IMG/VR virus record: IMGVR_UViG_3300007609_001696
Location: 19,267-83,266 of that record
Origin: a virus
Reading direction: 5' to 3' (one strand)
DNA: 64,000 nt
Part shown: positions 63,225-64,000 of the stretch, piece by piece
How positions within the stretch are numbered: the stretch's first letter is position 1
How the letters are laid out: each line of letters begins with the position of its first letter
Translations under genes and position numbers: made by a program
Notes under the pieces: generated by a model
The model's input: the letters and a program-made list of their open reading frames with translations, nothing else
What the model was told of the DNA's origin: nothing
Databases searched by the model: none

Positions 63225-63932
63225 TTATGTTGCTCTTGATAATAGCATATCGCGAATATGCCCAATGGCCTTTGTAGGATTTAAACCTTTAGGACACACG
63301 CTCACACAGTTCATAATGCCGCGGCAACGAAATACTGAGAACGGATCATCCAGTTCGCTCAGGCGTTCTTCTGTGGCCGTGTCTCTAGTGTCTGCGATAA
63401 AACGATATGCGGCAAGTGCAGCCTGTGGGCCCAAAAACTTGTCAGGATTCCACCAGAAACTTGGACAGGCTGTGCTACAGCAGGCACACATAATACATTC
63501 ATACATACCATCTAGTTTTGCACGATCTTCTGGTGATTGCAGTCGTTCTTGATTGGGTGTGGCAGTGTCGTTTTTGAGATAAGGTGCCACACGCTGATAC
63601 TGTTTGTAGAAAATAGTCATGTCCACAACCAAGTCACGAATCACAGGCAGACCGGGCAAGGGACGGATTACTAGTTTTTTGCCGGGCTTTACAACTTCTG
63701 ACACCGGTGTAATACAGGCCAGTCCGTTTTTACCATTCATGTTTACACCGTCAGAACCACAAACACCCTCCCTGCAACTTCTACGGAAGGTAAGGGTTTG
63801 GTCCTGTTCTTTTGCTCGGATCATAACATCCAACACCATTAGATCCCGATCGGTGGGAACATCCACTTCAACATCCTGCATCCAAGGTGCTGAATCTGTT
63901 TCTGGATTGTATCTATAAACACTGACCTGCAT
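63225..63932 (-). CDS. sdhB: Succinate dehydrogenase iron-sulfur subunit
   Basis: SCREGVCGSDG, CIMCACCSTACPS, CRGIMNCVSVCP; AAGGAG RBS, TAAATA upstream. Confidence 0.95.
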   Translation of the reverse strand: MQVSVYRYNPETDSAPWMQDVEVDVPTDRDLMVLDVMIRAKEQDQTLTFRRSCREGVCGSDGVNMNGKNGLACITPVSEVVKPGKKLVIRPLPGLPVIRDLVVDMTIFYKQYQRVAPYLKNDTATPNQERLQSPEDRAKLDGMYECIMCACCSTACPSFWWNPDKFLGPQAALAAYRFIADTRDTATEERLSELDDPFSVFRCRGIMNCVSVCPKGLNPTKAIGHIRDMLLSRAT

Positions 63933-64000
63933 TATCTGCTCCTTTTTAGATATTTATAGCTGTCCTACAATCTGTTTGGCTGTGTAGGCACTCAGCGTCC

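Noticed and set aside
219-63918. Most short plus-strand ORFs in the track (e.g. 5912..6265, 23409..23861, 52343..52873)
   Set aside because: They are antisense shadows of well-supported minus-strand genes, with no motifs.
1-64000. Bacterial chromosome interpretation (clpA, def, sdhB, infA, galE)
   Set aside because: These genes are isolated among a T4-like replisome, virion, lysis and homing genes under phage-type promoters.
1-64000. tRNA or rRNA genes
   Set aside because: No cloverleaf or T-loop signatures were seen in the short intergenic gaps by eye; tRNAscan was not run.

Overview
A 64-kb, gene-dense, almost entirely minus-strand segment of a large (jumbo/huge) T4-related tailed phage in standard genetic code. 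The host is probably Gram-negative (spanins, E. coli-type SdhB). It encodes: (i) a 7-deazaguanine/base-hypermodification neighbourhood (queE, queD with an upstream preQ1-like aptamer, a second QueD-like T-fold protein, a TGT/DpdA-like transglycosylase, glycosyltransferase, GalE-like epimerase, DegT-like aminotransferase, 2OG-Fe oxygenases) next to the sliding clamp; (ii) a family-B DNA polymerase fractured into two genes by a Ser1/Thr+1 split intein with a free-standing endonuclease between them; (iii) a block of probable capsid-packaged proteins and polyproteins with T4-like N-terminal targeting peptides and Glu cleavage sites; (iv) ClpA, Def, DnaJ, GroES, IF-1, PhoH, MazG-like, a mini-DnaE and a lone SdhB; (v) a lysis cassette; (vi) tail/baseplate-like genes. 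Two further homing endonucleases sit at the 5' ends of genes. Each leaves a short stub of the original N-terminus upstream, and a recoded replacement N-terminus follows the cassette. Many late genes appear to be leaderless behind a TAAATA promoter. No tRNA, rRNA or CRISPR array was seen. All assignments come from motif reading by eye; no database searches were run.
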